DNA from: a virus
Direction: 5' to 3' (one strand)
IMG/VR virus record: IMGVR_UViG_3300049324_000002
Coordinates: 64,001-128,000 of that record
Length of the DNA stretch: 64,000 bases
The number at the start of each line of letters is the position of its first letter. Position 1 is the stretch's first letter. The notes beneath the pieces are model-generated. The model ran no database searches. It saw only the letters and a list, made by a program, of their open reading frames with translations, and was not told where the DNA came from. Below are positions 20,101 through 29,234 of the stretch, one piece after another. A program made the translations under genes and the position numbers.

Positions 20101-21110
20101 ACCGGAAAAGAAGAAAGAGACGCGACTGGTCGAACGAAAAGAATCGGAATGGATCGCGTAGACTCGTCACCAGAACAGAGCGGGTCGGTAGTGATCTGTC
20201 GGGCGACAAGACACGGCGCGATGTGAAAAGTCGAAAGAAACGACCTGAACCGTAGAGCATCGACAGGTCGCTGGGAACGAATTGTCCGGGCCAGAGAAGT
20301 CACACGAGTGGGAACGAATAGGTCTGTCACTCGAAATGAGTTGACGCGGTAATGGGTAGTCAAGTGAAAAGACGTGGCAGGAATGGACGTGAGTAGTCAC
20401 ACGATCCGATATGATCGGAAGGGACTTGTCGGTATAGTAAGAATGGATCGGTGACGATCAGTCGAATAGACCGGGAACGACACAACGCGACATGAGTAGT
20501 CAATCGAATCGATAAGCGTGGCATGGACTTGTCGGACTAGCAAGGACCAGAAAAGATCTGTCGAACGGACCTGACTCGACCAGCATGGACATGAGTAGTC
20601 AACTGACACGGATCGAGTGGCATGGACTTGTCGAAACGAAGGGATACGCCTCGACTTGACCTGTCAAAAGACCGGAAAGGACCAGACTCGACGCGATAGG
20701 TCACATCGAAACAAATAGACGCGAATCGTCAAACGATAAGACAAGATGCGAAACGACTGGACCTGTCGAAATGATCGGACGGGCAGTGATTTGTCAAATG
20801 AAGCGATTGGACGGGAAATGACACGTCACATGAATCGACCGGGAGCGACCCGATAGGTCGTACGAAGTGAAAGGGCAGGAAAGGACATGTCAGCATGAAC
20901 AGAAATGTAGCGATCTGAACGGTCGTGCAGAAGTGGGGTGATGGGAAAGGACATGTCAGTGCGAATGGACCGGGCATGACTTGCCACGTCAAGCGACCAG
21001 ACCAGACTAGACTCGAAGCGATAGGTCGAACAGGAACGACGCGACTCGATAGGATATGTCACAACGACCGGAATCGACGCGTCACGACGCGATATGTCAC
21101 ACGATACCCA
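17110..21110 (-). repeat. ~4-kb non-coding pentamer-phased repeat array (units mostly 5n+3 nt, punctuated by GAC)
   Basis: Plus strand e.g. 19888-19920 GCACA GTATT GAGCG GGCTC GCGTT GAGTA GTC and 19986-20028 GAAAC GAAGG GAAAC GACTC GGGTC GGCTC GAACA GAGAT GTC; GAGTAGTC/GACTTGTC recurs every ~27-43 nt; purine-rich plus strand, unlike flanks. Confidence 0.9.
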
Positions 21111-21128
21111 GACCACTGGGGTACCACC

Positions 21129-21158
21129 ATCATACCCCACCCGGCCACCGCCACTCAA
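21129..21158 (-). promoter_or_regulatory. sigma-A-like promoter pointing into the array
   Basis: TTGAGT-N18-TATGAT on minus strand, ~25 nt before the first repeat unit. Confidence 0.6.
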
Positions 21159-21198
21159 ACAAAAGCAAAAGAACACAAACAATAAAACGGTGCAGCCG

Positions 21199-21270
21199 TG
21201 CCCCCAGGGAATTCTGCCATCCCGACCCACGCTTTAAAAGAGCGTTGCTCTGCTTCTGAGCTATAGGGGC
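21199..21270 (-). tRNA. tRNA-Lys(TTT), atypical T-loop
   Basis: GCCCCTA/TGGGGGC acceptor, GCTC/GAGC D-stem, ACGCT-CTTTTAA-AGCGT, T-arm GGGAT-GGCAGAA-TTCCC. Confidence 0.88.
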
Positions 21271-21280
21271 CAATATTTAA

Positions 21281-21694
21281 CTAGGAAACCTCAGAATTAG
21301 TTGACTGCCAATGAGCCAACAAATCCTCATCGACGTCACCCAACGAATCCACCCGCTCAGTAAAACCATACGACGCCCACCACTGACCCGGGAGCACGTC
21401 ACCCTCCACCAACCGCTGATCCAACGACTCAAACGCCCACGCCGCCGACCCATACAACAGAAGCTTCTGCTCAGGATCAGAAACCTCAGCAGCCTGCTTC
21501 AACGTACCCCTAATATAACCCAACCCCTGCGACGCCGATCCACCAAACCTAGAATCCCTACTAGCTCGCAAACCATGCGAGTCCTTAGCAACAGAAGGCT
21601 TATCAACACCAGACACGACAACACTCCTAACTAGACAACCCGATAACAAACAACACCACCAGTATACCAAACGCCACCACACAACCCAGTACAA
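21281..21694 (-). CDS. hypothetical protein (start probably near 21610)
   Basis: C-terminal FESLD..L..G..LP.QW motif of a common small phage protein. Confidence 0.6.
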   Translation of the reverse strand: MYWVVWWRLVYWWCCLLSGCLVRSVVVSGVDKPSVAKDSHGLRASRDSRFGGSASQGLGYIRGTLKQAAEVSDPEQKLLLYGSAAWAFESLDQRLVEGDVLPGQWWASYGFTERVDSLGDVDEDLLAHWQSTNSEVS

Positions 21695-21858
21695 AACCCG
21701 CTAACACAGTCAACACCATGCCAGCCAACATAGCGATCACAGCGCCCATCACACATCCTACCGACGATTCTCCAACAACCAACACACGCCAAAAACAATC
21801 AAAGCCAACAAAAACATACCAAGCAGTATGTAAAGAAGAACACCCAACGACTCTAACA

Positions 21859-22110
21859 CTAAATAGCCTCAATACTATCAGCCCACTGCCGCGCCCACTG
21901 ACCAATCCTAGAAAAAAACTCCTCTTTCTCACCATCAGAGAGACCGCGAAACAAATTAGAATAAGTAGAACTAGCTTCAACCCGAACACGCCACTCAGCA
22001 TCCAACAACTTATTAAGCATACGTATTTTCTCAGAAGAAGAAAACAAAATTATATACTGATTAAACGTATCATCAACTTTAGAATCAGACATCAGAACCA
22101 CCCGGGCCAA
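21859..22110 (-). CDS. helical paralog family B, member
   Basis: GLSDGEKEEFFSRI. Confidence 0.65.
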   Translation of the reverse strand: MARVVLMSDSKVDDTFNQYIILFSSSEKIRMLNKLLDAEWRVRVEASSTYSNLFRGLSDGEKEEFFSRIGQWARQWADSIEAI

Positions 22111-22330
22111 ACTCGATATCTAACCTATCATTCAACTCGCGCATCTGACTCTCCGACAACCCACTAACCATAGCAGCAAACTCACCATCAAGCTTGCATG
22201 CAATATCAGTCACATGATCTAACTTAACTCTAGCCTCGCTAACATCAGCTTTCGCTGACTGTAAATCACGAAACACCACAATGATTTCAATAATCTCATC
22301 CATTAGAACCACCCGGCAAAGCATTAACAC
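22085..22330 (-). CDS. paralog family B, member
   Basis: GLSESQMRELNDRL. Confidence 0.65.
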   Translation of the reverse strand: MLMLCRVVLMDEIIEIIVVFRDLQSAKADVSEARVKLDHVTDIACKLDGEFAAMVSGLSESQMRELNDRLDIEFGPGGSDV

Positions 22331-22529
22331 GCTCAGTCAACTCACCACGCTGAGCCTCAGACAACCTACGCAACGCAACACCATACCGATCAATAGACCT
22401 CTCCTGCACACCCAACGCCTCATCCAACAACTTCCTAGCCCGACCCACCCGAGCCTTATCCTCCTGCAACGTCACATAAAGGCGAAAAGCTGTGTACACA
22501 TCGTCGAAATCGTCAGTGCGAAGTATCAT
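22296..22529 (-). CDS. paralog family B, member
   Basis: RLSEAQRGELTERV. Confidence 0.65.
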   Translation of the reverse strand: MILRTDDFDDVYTAFRLYVTLQEDKARVGRARKLLDEALGVQERSIDRYGVALRRLSEAQRGELTERVNALPGGSNG

Positions 22530-22772
22530 GACCCCTTCAACTCTCCACCACTAAACGCATACGTCCAACCAGCATCCACAACATGACGAACCAACGCGTC
22601 ACTCGCGTCCTCACCGAAACTAGCCGCTATATAAAGAATCTCCTCACACAACAACGCACGCTGCAACCGCACACCCAACTTCTCAAAACCAGGACGCGAC
22701 CACTCACGACGACAAGAAGACAACGCAATCTCAAACAACCCAGCCGTATCAACATTAAAATCAGTATTACTA

Positions 22773-23027
22773 TTAGTGCCAGGCATCAGGACCACCACCC
22801 TCCGACACCACTGACCCGGCCACACCCAACGACGCCAAACGGTCATTCACCTCTTGAACCTCACCATCAGACAACCCACTCAGCAAACTACAAAACCGAG
22901 CGTCCGCGTTATTCTTCGCGATCTGCGCCTTCAACAACTCCTGCTGAGCCAACTCAACACCCACACGAGTCTCCTGCAGCACGCGATACGCATCAAGGGT
23001 TTCAGTAACAACATCAACACTGTCCAT
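22773..23027 (-). CDS. paralog family B, member
   Basis: GLSDGEVQEVNDRL. Confidence 0.65.
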   Translation of the reverse strand: MDSVDVVTETLDAYRVLQETRVGVELAQQELLKAQIAKNNADARFCSLLSGLSDGEVQEVNDRLASLGVAGSVVSEGGGPDAWH

Positions 23028-23699
23028 AACGAATCAACTCACCCTGTCACGATTATTTGTTGTCAACACCCGAATGCTATATCCCCTGGGGAGGGGACCC
23101 TCCTACCGAGGAAAACAGACCAAGATCAACGTGGGCTAGTGCGAGCCTCACGAGCAAGACGAGTGGCCTCAACAAGAGCACCCTGCCAATCATCCAACTG
23201 ATCCCGTAAATCCTTCAACGACCCCTTGATATCAAACAGAGAATCAAGAATAGGATGATCTACAGGAACAAGACCCGTATCCTTAATCTTAAACTCCTCA
23301 ACAACCAAATCACAACTCATATGATAAAGAGTCCTAGCCACAACATCCAATACTCCACTCAAAGCATCACGCTGATCTTCAGTCAACGTAGTAACACCAG
23401 GAATACTAGCCATCTTAATCCTCACTCATTTCAGAATGCAGCACCTCACGGGAAACCGATAACAACCAACGACACACCAAAGCCGTAATATTAGCAAGAG
23501 AAGTGCTAGCCTGAGTAGCAAACGCATCAAACTCAGCTAACACCACACCATCCGTCACAGACAGATCACACTGATCAATCATGTGAACAGCAACACTCAA
23601 ATTCTGTTGACACTCACGAACAGCCGACAACGCAGCCATCAGCTCATCCTGCGTCTGCAAAGAATTCATGCGAATGAGATCTGACCTCATCAAAACCCC

Positions 23700-23915
23700 T
23701 TAAAGATCTAGTCGAAGCTGACCGTGATCCATCCAATACTGTGCTTCAGTGATCCACCGCTCCCGACCCCTCACAGGACCCTCAAGCCAGCGAACCTTCA
23801 GACTCCAACTAGTACCCTCCGTGCGCTGCAGCACAACAGCCCTCGTCGTTTTATCCTTCTCAACCCACAACACATTCTCACCACGCTTAGGCTTCCCAGA
23901 AGGCGTAGGCATCAC
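23700..23915 (-). CDS. SH3/KOW-like small protein
   Basis: PKRGE.V.W ... A.V ... L.V.W beta pattern. Confidence 0.55.
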   Translation of the reverse strand: MMPTPSGKPKRGENVLWVEKDKTTRAVVLQRTEGTSWSLKVRWLEGPVRGRERWITEAQYWMDHGQLRLDL

Positions 23916-24048
23916 TCATCACTCGCATCCCGGACAGCCCTACGACGATCAGTACTACGCACCCGAGCCCTACCATGAGAACCCGCAGCACCGGACCAAC
24001 GCAGGCGCTGTACGCGCGCCACGCGGGCCGGAACCGGCTGCCTGGCCA

Positions 24049-25014
24049 TCAGCCCACCACCTCCCCATCCCGCGCGTCGTGCCCAATCAAGAACCGCTCA
24101 TCTTTGGCAGAAGACTCCAAGTCAGCAACGAACCGAACCTCAGAGCCCGTAGGCGCCGACCGCAGCTCCACAGGAGGCAACGTCCACACCCGGAAACCAT
24201 TACCCTGCACCAACATCTTGCCAGCCTTCAAACTCATAATCTTACCAGTCACCAGAGTAACACCAGACGGGATAGGCAAATACGGTGCAGGAATAGGACC
24301 ACTCACCACACGCATCACCGCAGAAACCTGACGCTCCGTCAACGTCCCACGCGTCACCAAATCCTCAGCAAGCGAGCAATAAAAGCACTTCTCAGCACCA
24401 ACACAACCCGCAGTAACATGCTCCTGAACCGTCCGGTACAAAAACCCAGACACCCGCCTATTCTGCGGAGACGCAGCCAACCACTCACGCCTCGTCTGGT
24501 CGATCTTCGTCCAACGCTCCGCAGCCTCAGCCGGAACAGCCTCCTCAGCCGCCCGCGCCTTCTTCCGCATCCCAGCCACGAACTCGCGCAACGCGCCCGC
24601 TCGAGCGGCAACCTCAGACATCTTCGCCGCACCCATCGAAGCAGCACAATCCACACCAGTCGTAATGACACCCGACTCGCCGTCAATATCAGGACGCCAC
24701 GACCACACCACCGCATAACGAATATGTGCACCACAGATGGAACACTGAGACAACGCACGACGATCACCCACCGCACGACGCGCGTACCGAGCAGCCTTCA
24801 CCTTCTGCTTCTCAGCGAACGACAACCACGCACCCGGGACACGAGCACGCGTCACCAACGCAGCAACATCATCCTTAGCGTTGCCAGCATAAAGATCAAG
24901 AACATCCACGAACACATAGTGCTCAGGGACAAGAACACCAACACGATGCTCGTCAACACGCTGCGTGGCCATCACGCCTCCCTGCCTTGGGGAAACCTTC
25001 TCGGTGTTCGTCAT
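24049..25014 (-). CDS. MTNT-start protein with CxxCG..I...G.DC zinc site
   Basis: Leaderless promoter TTGACC-N17-TAACCT upstream; CSICGAHI ... TGVDC; LTERQV motif. Confidence 0.8.
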   Translation of the reverse strand: MTNTEKVSPRQGGVMATQRVDEHRVGVLVPEHYVFVDVLDLYAGNAKDDVAALVTRARVPGAWLSFAEKQKVKAARYARRAVGDRRALSQCSICGAHIRYAVVWSWRPDIDGESGVITTGVDCAASMGAAKMSEVAARAGALREFVAGMRKKARAAEEAVPAEAAERWTKIDQTRREWLAASPQNRRVSGFLYRTVQEHVTAGCVGAEKCFYCSLAEDLVTRGTLTERQVSAVMRVVSGPIPAPYLPIPSGVTLVTGKIMSLKAGKMLVQGNGFRVWTLPPVELRSAPTGSEVRFVADLESSAKDERFLIGHDARDGEVVG

Positions 25015-25081
25015 ACCCGTAGGTTAGCATGCAGGCAGCACGAGGTCAACTAGAATCTAGAGATCTACAGGATTTGCGAGA

Positions 25082-25624
25082 TCAGACAGCAGAGCAAGAA
25101 GCTCTATAATGACCAATGATCTCGTAAGCAAACCACACGATAGCAAAAGCCTCAACACCACAAAACAACATCAAAATAATCGAAGGATGAGGAACCATAA
25201 TACCGTAAACTAAAGCGGCTGCCCAACCAACACCACAAAAAACAAGAATATCTATTGACATCTGAATAAACTTAACTCTACGTCTATTCTTTACAGAACG
25301 ATGAAATGACTCCCAACCCAAAACAGTGACATAAGAAGAATTGTATAGCTTAGGAGACAACTCCGTACGGATATAATTACCAATCTCAGTTATCTTTGTA
25401 TCGTTAGCTAAATAAGTCCACCCAAACACTAAACACACAGGAGGAAGCAATAGTAAAGCAACAACATGTGGAGATGAACTACCAAACGCAAAAAACACCA
25501 CAGCAGCTACAGAAGTAAAAGTAGCATAAATCAAATTATCGCGAACAGTAATACGAGAACGCTGCTCCTCTTTCAAAAGCTTATACTCAGTTAAATACAC
25601 TTCAGTCAGATCAGAAGAATCCAT
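25082..25624 (-). CDS. four-helix integral membrane protein
   Basis: EY..LKEEQ..RI..RDNL.Y followed by four hydrophobic segments; AT-rich. Confidence 0.8.
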   Translation of the reverse strand: MDSSDLTEVYLTEYKLLKEEQRSRITVRDNLIYATFTSVAAVVFFAFGSSSPHVVALLLLPPVCLVFGWTYLANDTKITEIGNYIRTELSPKLYNSSYVTVLGWESFHRSVKNRRRVKFIQMSIDILVFCGVGWAAALVYGIMVPHPSIILMLFCGVEAFAIVWFAYEIIGHYRASCSAV

Positions 25625-25998
25625 TACACCCAACCGCTCCCCGTCAGCAAATCCCAACAATAATAACAATACCCATGAATAACTGCATCTTCACTGCAAG
25701 ACATACACTTACTAGAAACTCGAGACAACTTTATGTTAAAGAAATGCCACAATAAAATCTTATCATGAAGCAACTCGAGCCGATGAATGCAACTTCGCAA
25801 TAGACATATTAATATCACGGACCAGCTCCTCCATCGCCCACAACTGCGAACTCAAACCACTAAGCTTGTCAGCATACTCAGGACTCATTTGCATAGCATC
25901 ATCAATATGAGTAGCACCCTGACGCAACGAACTCACAGCATGACGGGTATTCATCTCGGCAGCATCAAGCTCTTCTAAAAAGTTTCTCACAACAACCC

Positions 25999-26406
25999 CT
26001 AAACTCTAGCAGGAAAACCAGCCTCAATTAAAACAGGACACTCAATAGTCAGGTGCCCCTTAGCCCCACGAATAATGTTCATGTCAGAACAAGCTCCACA
26101 CCCGGAGCAATGCTTATTCTGCGCTCGAGCGCACGCAGGACACGGACCGCGCGAGAACTCACCAGCCTGCTTATGATTATGCGCAGCAGCTTTGCGTAGT
26201 TCCCGCACGGCCCGTAAAAGCCCGTCCCTCTTATGAAGCGCAGCTACATCACCCGGAGATGAATACAGAGTACCACCTCGTGAGGCTTGAGCATTTAGCT
26301 CATTAGCCTCAAGCTGCAACGTACTAGCGACATCACTCAGCCACTTATACGCTGCAATAAAACCATCTACCTGAGCCTTCGTCACCGCTGAAGTAGTAGC
26401 CACCAT
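25999..26406 (-). CDS. hypothetical protein with Cys-rich C-terminus
   Basis: CPAC...HCSGCGAC; CGGTAGGAT upstream. Confidence 0.7.
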   Translation of the reverse strand: MVATTSAVTKAQVDGFIAAYKWLSDVASTLQLEANELNAQASRGGTLYSSPGDVAALHKRDGLLRAVRELRKAAAHNHKQAGEFSRGPCPACARAQNKHCSGCGACSDMNIIRGAKGHLTIECPVLIEAGFPARV

Positions 26407-26411
26407 ACATC

Positions 26412-26699
26412 CTACCGGAAAGCGTAAGCCTCCTGCTCGGCAACGTGCTCCAAAGGCTGGCCAGCCCGCTGAGCACGACGCTTCAACGACCGACGCTCAT
26501 CCTCAGACAAACCACCCCACACACCAGCATCCTGTCCAGACTTCAAAGCCCAGATCAAACACTCAGTAGCGACGGGGCACCGACGACAAACCGCCTTCGC
26601 CTTATTAACCTGCACCAAAGCAGGACCACTTTGCCCTACAGGAAAAAACATCTCCGGATCCTCTTTACGACAAGCAGCACGGTGACGCCAATCAGCCAT
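26412..26699 (-). CDS. whiB: WhiB1-like Fe-S transcription regulator
   Basis: DWRHRAAC..EDPE.FFPVG.SGPA..Q...AKAVC.RCPV..ECL.WAL..GQDAGVWGGLSEDERR.LKRR. Confidence 0.95.
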   Translation of the reverse strand: MADWRHRAACRKEDPEMFFPVGQSGPALVQVNKAKAVCRRCPVATECLIWALKSGQDAGVWGGLSEDERRSLKRRAQRAGQPLEHVAEQEAYAFR

Positions 26700-26789
26700 C
26701 GGAAACACCTCCTCGCCACTAAGAACAGGACACCCACGTCCTACCCAACAACACCAAGGAAGGAAGCAGAGATATAAAGCATACAACAA

Positions 26790-26835
26790 CGACACGAGGG
26801 TGCAACCCATTTACATGAGATGCACCCTCGTGTCG
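26790..26835. promoter_or_regulatory. 15-bp perfect inverted repeat upstream of whiB
   Basis: CGACACGAGGGTGCA-N16-TGCACCCTCGTGTCG. Confidence 0.6.
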
Positions 26836-26862
26836 ACAAAACAGAACGCTTACCCGGGCGAC

Positions 26863-27369
26863 CTACCCAAGCTTCGGGGCATCAATAGCCGGGATAGGAC
26901 GATCCGACTGGATGTAATCGAGGTTAGTTACGATCTTAGTACCATCCGCAAGGAAGAAGAAAATACCAGGATCTCCATTACCATACGAACCATCATCCTG
27001 AGGACCATCAACCACAACAGGCTGGCAACCGTAGTAACCAGTAGTCCCGCCACAAGTCCAATGCACATCCTGCTCAGGAGTGGCCTGACTACCATTAGAA
27101 CTAATCTTGCCACGAGTCACGTAGTAACCCTTGATCTGACCAAAACTCATCACATACAAGTAACCAATAGCATCAGGGTTCTCTTCGCGCTTACGCTTCT
27201 CCTCAAGATTCGACTTCTCAAGAGTAGGACCCGTAGCCTTCTGAGCCTGCAAAGTATCACGAGCCTTATCATCAGCCGTCTGATTATCACACCCGGCTAG
27301 CACAAGAGCGGCCGAAAGCAGAACACCAATCACGCCAGCCCTACGAGTAGGAGTCTTCAAATTAATCAA
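26863..27369 (-). CDS. lipoprotein
   Basis: Signal peptide with lipobox LAGC; GKISS.GSQ.TP and DGSYG..DPGIFFF motifs. Confidence 0.85.
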   Translation of the reverse strand: MINLKTPTRRAGVIGVLLSAALVLAGCDNQTADDKARDTLQAQKATGPTLEKSNLEEKRKREENPDAIGYLYVMSFGQIKGYYVTRGKISSNGSQATPEQDVHWTCGGTTGYYGCQPVVVDGPQDDGSYGNGDPGIFFFLADGTKIVTNLDYIQSDRPIPAIDAPKLG

Positions 27370-27872
27370 CCCTTACAGTCAGTAGCAGTATCGTTATTAT
27401 CAATCTGGAAAGGAAGGTCAGTCGAACGGAAATCTTCCATAGAGAACTTACGCGTATCAGCATTATACTTGCCCACAAGAGCAACACAGTACTGCTCTTG
27501 ACCAATAAGCTGAGTCTTCAACTGAGGATTAGTAGGATCCTGAGCAATAGCCAAAGAACTGATCACGACAGTACGGTCGGCAGCAAGAATATCCTGATAC
27601 CGAGTCTCAAACAACTCCTGAGCCTTCACACGATTAGGCCCAGCATTCTTAATCTTCTGTGCATCCCCCTGACCCTTAATATCACTAGAGAACACACCAA
27701 ACGCCCACAATGCAATACTCAACGCACCAACAAGTATAACCGCAATAACCGCTAGAACCCAACCCCACGCAAGAGCGCCAGCGGCACCCCGCACCGGATG
27801 CGCCTCAAACCTAGCCTCACGCGTCTCCCAATCACGAGCCACCGCACACACCCCTAACGTTAGGTACCACAC
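27366..27872 (-). CDS. membrane-anchored protein paired with the lipoprotein
   Basis: Single N-terminal TM; C...V.KYNA..RKF....F...DLP. Confidence 0.8.
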   Translation of the reverse strand: MWYLTLGVCAVARDWETREARFEAHPVRGAAGALAWGWVLAVIAVILVGALSIALWAFGVFSSDIKGQGDAQKIKNAGPNRVKAQELFETRYQDILAADRTVVISSLAIAQDPTNPQLKTQLIGQEQYCVALVGKYNADTRKFSMEDFRSTDLPFQIDNNDTATDCKG

Positions 27873-27888
27873 ACTGACTAAGCAATAG

Positions 27889-28152
27889 TCAGGAAACCTT
27901 CACACCCTTACCAGTCTTCTCCACAGACGCGTACCACTTACGACTCTTCGCTGGATCAGGGCCAACCACATTAAGAATCGTACCAGCAGGAACCTCATCG
28001 CCACGAATCAAAGACTGCGAACCAAACTGTGACGTAGGATAAAAAGTAATGGTCTGAGGATTCTTCTTTATAGCCTCACCTAAAGCTTTCTTAGTAGGAA
28101 CATTACTACCATCAGCGTTCCTAGCACCAACATTAATGTGATCAGCCATCAC
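27889..28152 (-). CDS. hypothetical phage protein
   Basis: TKKAL..A ... VVGPDP...RKWYA.V motif. Confidence 0.75.
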   Translation of the reverse strand: MMADHINVGARNADGSNVPTKKALGEAIKKNPQTITFYPTSQFGSQSLIRGDEVPAGTILNVVGPDPAKSRKWYASVEKTGKGVKVS

Positions 28153-28766
28153 GAACTCCCAGCAGTAGCAGGATCATACAACTTAGGCTGTATGACACGA
28201 ACACCAGAATCAGACCCAGCGGAAATATGTCTCGACACCATACGAGTATTCAACCGCTCACGATCCGACAAAATATCGGCAAGCAACTCAATCACAGGCC
28301 AATTACGTAAGATGATTTTATCAGTCTCAAGCCTTGCACCAGCCTCACTAAAGTCTTCGAGATGCTGAGCAATATTACGATAATTATTCATATCAGTGCC
28401 AGATCCAGGACGAGTAATACCACGCGCCTCCGATATCGAAAACCCATACGTCCTAGACAACCACAACGACTCAGCCTCTTGACCAGCAAGACAACCATAA
28501 CAAAGGATCTTCAAATCCTCCCAATCAATCACATACTGAAGCTTCTCACCATAAGACTTAGGCATCGTCCAACACGTCTCACCAGAAAACTGTGAACTAA
28601 GGAAAGCCTTCTGAATGGTTACACTCGTCACCACCAACCCGGCCAGGGAGCGTAACAGCGCATGCCCCATCTCATGGACGGCGGTACCGACACGCCAATC
28701 AATCTCAACAGTCTCCACGGAGGATCCTACCGAGAATGAAGCTGCCGTAAAGCCTCCCGCTTCCAC
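28149..28766 (-). CDS. FtsH-protease-domain-like (M41-like) zinc metallopeptidase
   Basis: TAVHEMGHA ... LAGQEAE ... GSGTD ... WP.I..LA..L. Confidence 0.8.
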   Translation of the reverse strand: MEAGGFTAASFSVGSSVETVEIDWRVGTAVHEMGHALLRSLAGLVVTSVTIQKAFLSSQFSGETCWTMPKSYGEKLQYVIDWEDLKILCYGCLAGQEAESLWLSRTYGFSISEARGITRPGSGTDMNNYRNIAQHLEDFSEAGARLETDKIILRNWPVIELLADILSDRERLNTRMVSRHISAGSDSGVRVIQPKLYDPATAGSS

Positions 28767-29063
28767 TCCACCCTCGCCCGCCTACGCGCGTGCAACCCCA
28801 CCCCAAGCACCCACGACGAAAACACCACCACCGTAACTAGCATGCATCATCGTACCGACAAACCTGATTACCAAACCACTTACCATGCACACGACGAAAA
28901 TGCTTCTCGCCATCACTCCAAACCTGCACAACCAACGTCCCGTACTTATCAGCAGGAACTACAACACGAACAGTATAAGACTTATAAGGCCAAGCAGGAA
29001 TACGATAAGAAAGCTGCCATACCTCATCGAAAGAAGGACTCGGCACCGCACCCATCTAAACTC

Positions 29064-29234
29064 CTAACTCAGCTTCCTGTCGAAATCAGACAACGGTATT
29101 GTACGAACATAATTCTGGTAATCGACTCTGACAACTTTCTCCTCGTCTGGAAGAGACAGAATAAACACTTCAACCGGGCCGTAAGGAGAACCTCGCTTCA
29201 ACACCCATCTCTCACAAGGCTCAGGATTAACCAT
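29064..29234 (-). CDS. SH3-like paralog family D, member (missed by ORF track)
   Basis: MVNPEPCERW...VEV...PDEEKVVRV...PLSDF*. Confidence 0.6.
   Translation of the reverse strand: MVNPEPCERWVLKRGSPYGPVEVFILSLPDEEKVVRVDYQNYVRTIPLSDFDRKLS

Noticed and set aside
17110-21110. Canonical CRISPR array
   Set aside because: Constant part is only ~3-8 nt, spacers carry internal 5-nt periodicity, and no cas operon is present.
17110-21110. TIGR-type array
   Set aside because: Unit length varies in 5-nt steps, no box C/D-like dual repeats, and no Nop-domain protein seen.
17061-21259. About 25 ORFs of 60-155 aa on both strands over the array
   Set aside because: Overlapping in all frames, S/R/F/D-rich, and the repeat word appears as DYS, TTR or RLL depending on frame within one ORF; shadows of the DNA repeat.
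22583-22592. Plus-strand ATGACGAACC as another cassette start or antisense element
   Set aside because: Partial match inside a minus-strand gene, with no promoter or hairpin context.
23749-25053. 434-aa plus-strand ORF
   Set aside because: Antisense to 24049-25014, which has promoter and motifs; R/H/T-rich, unnatural composition.
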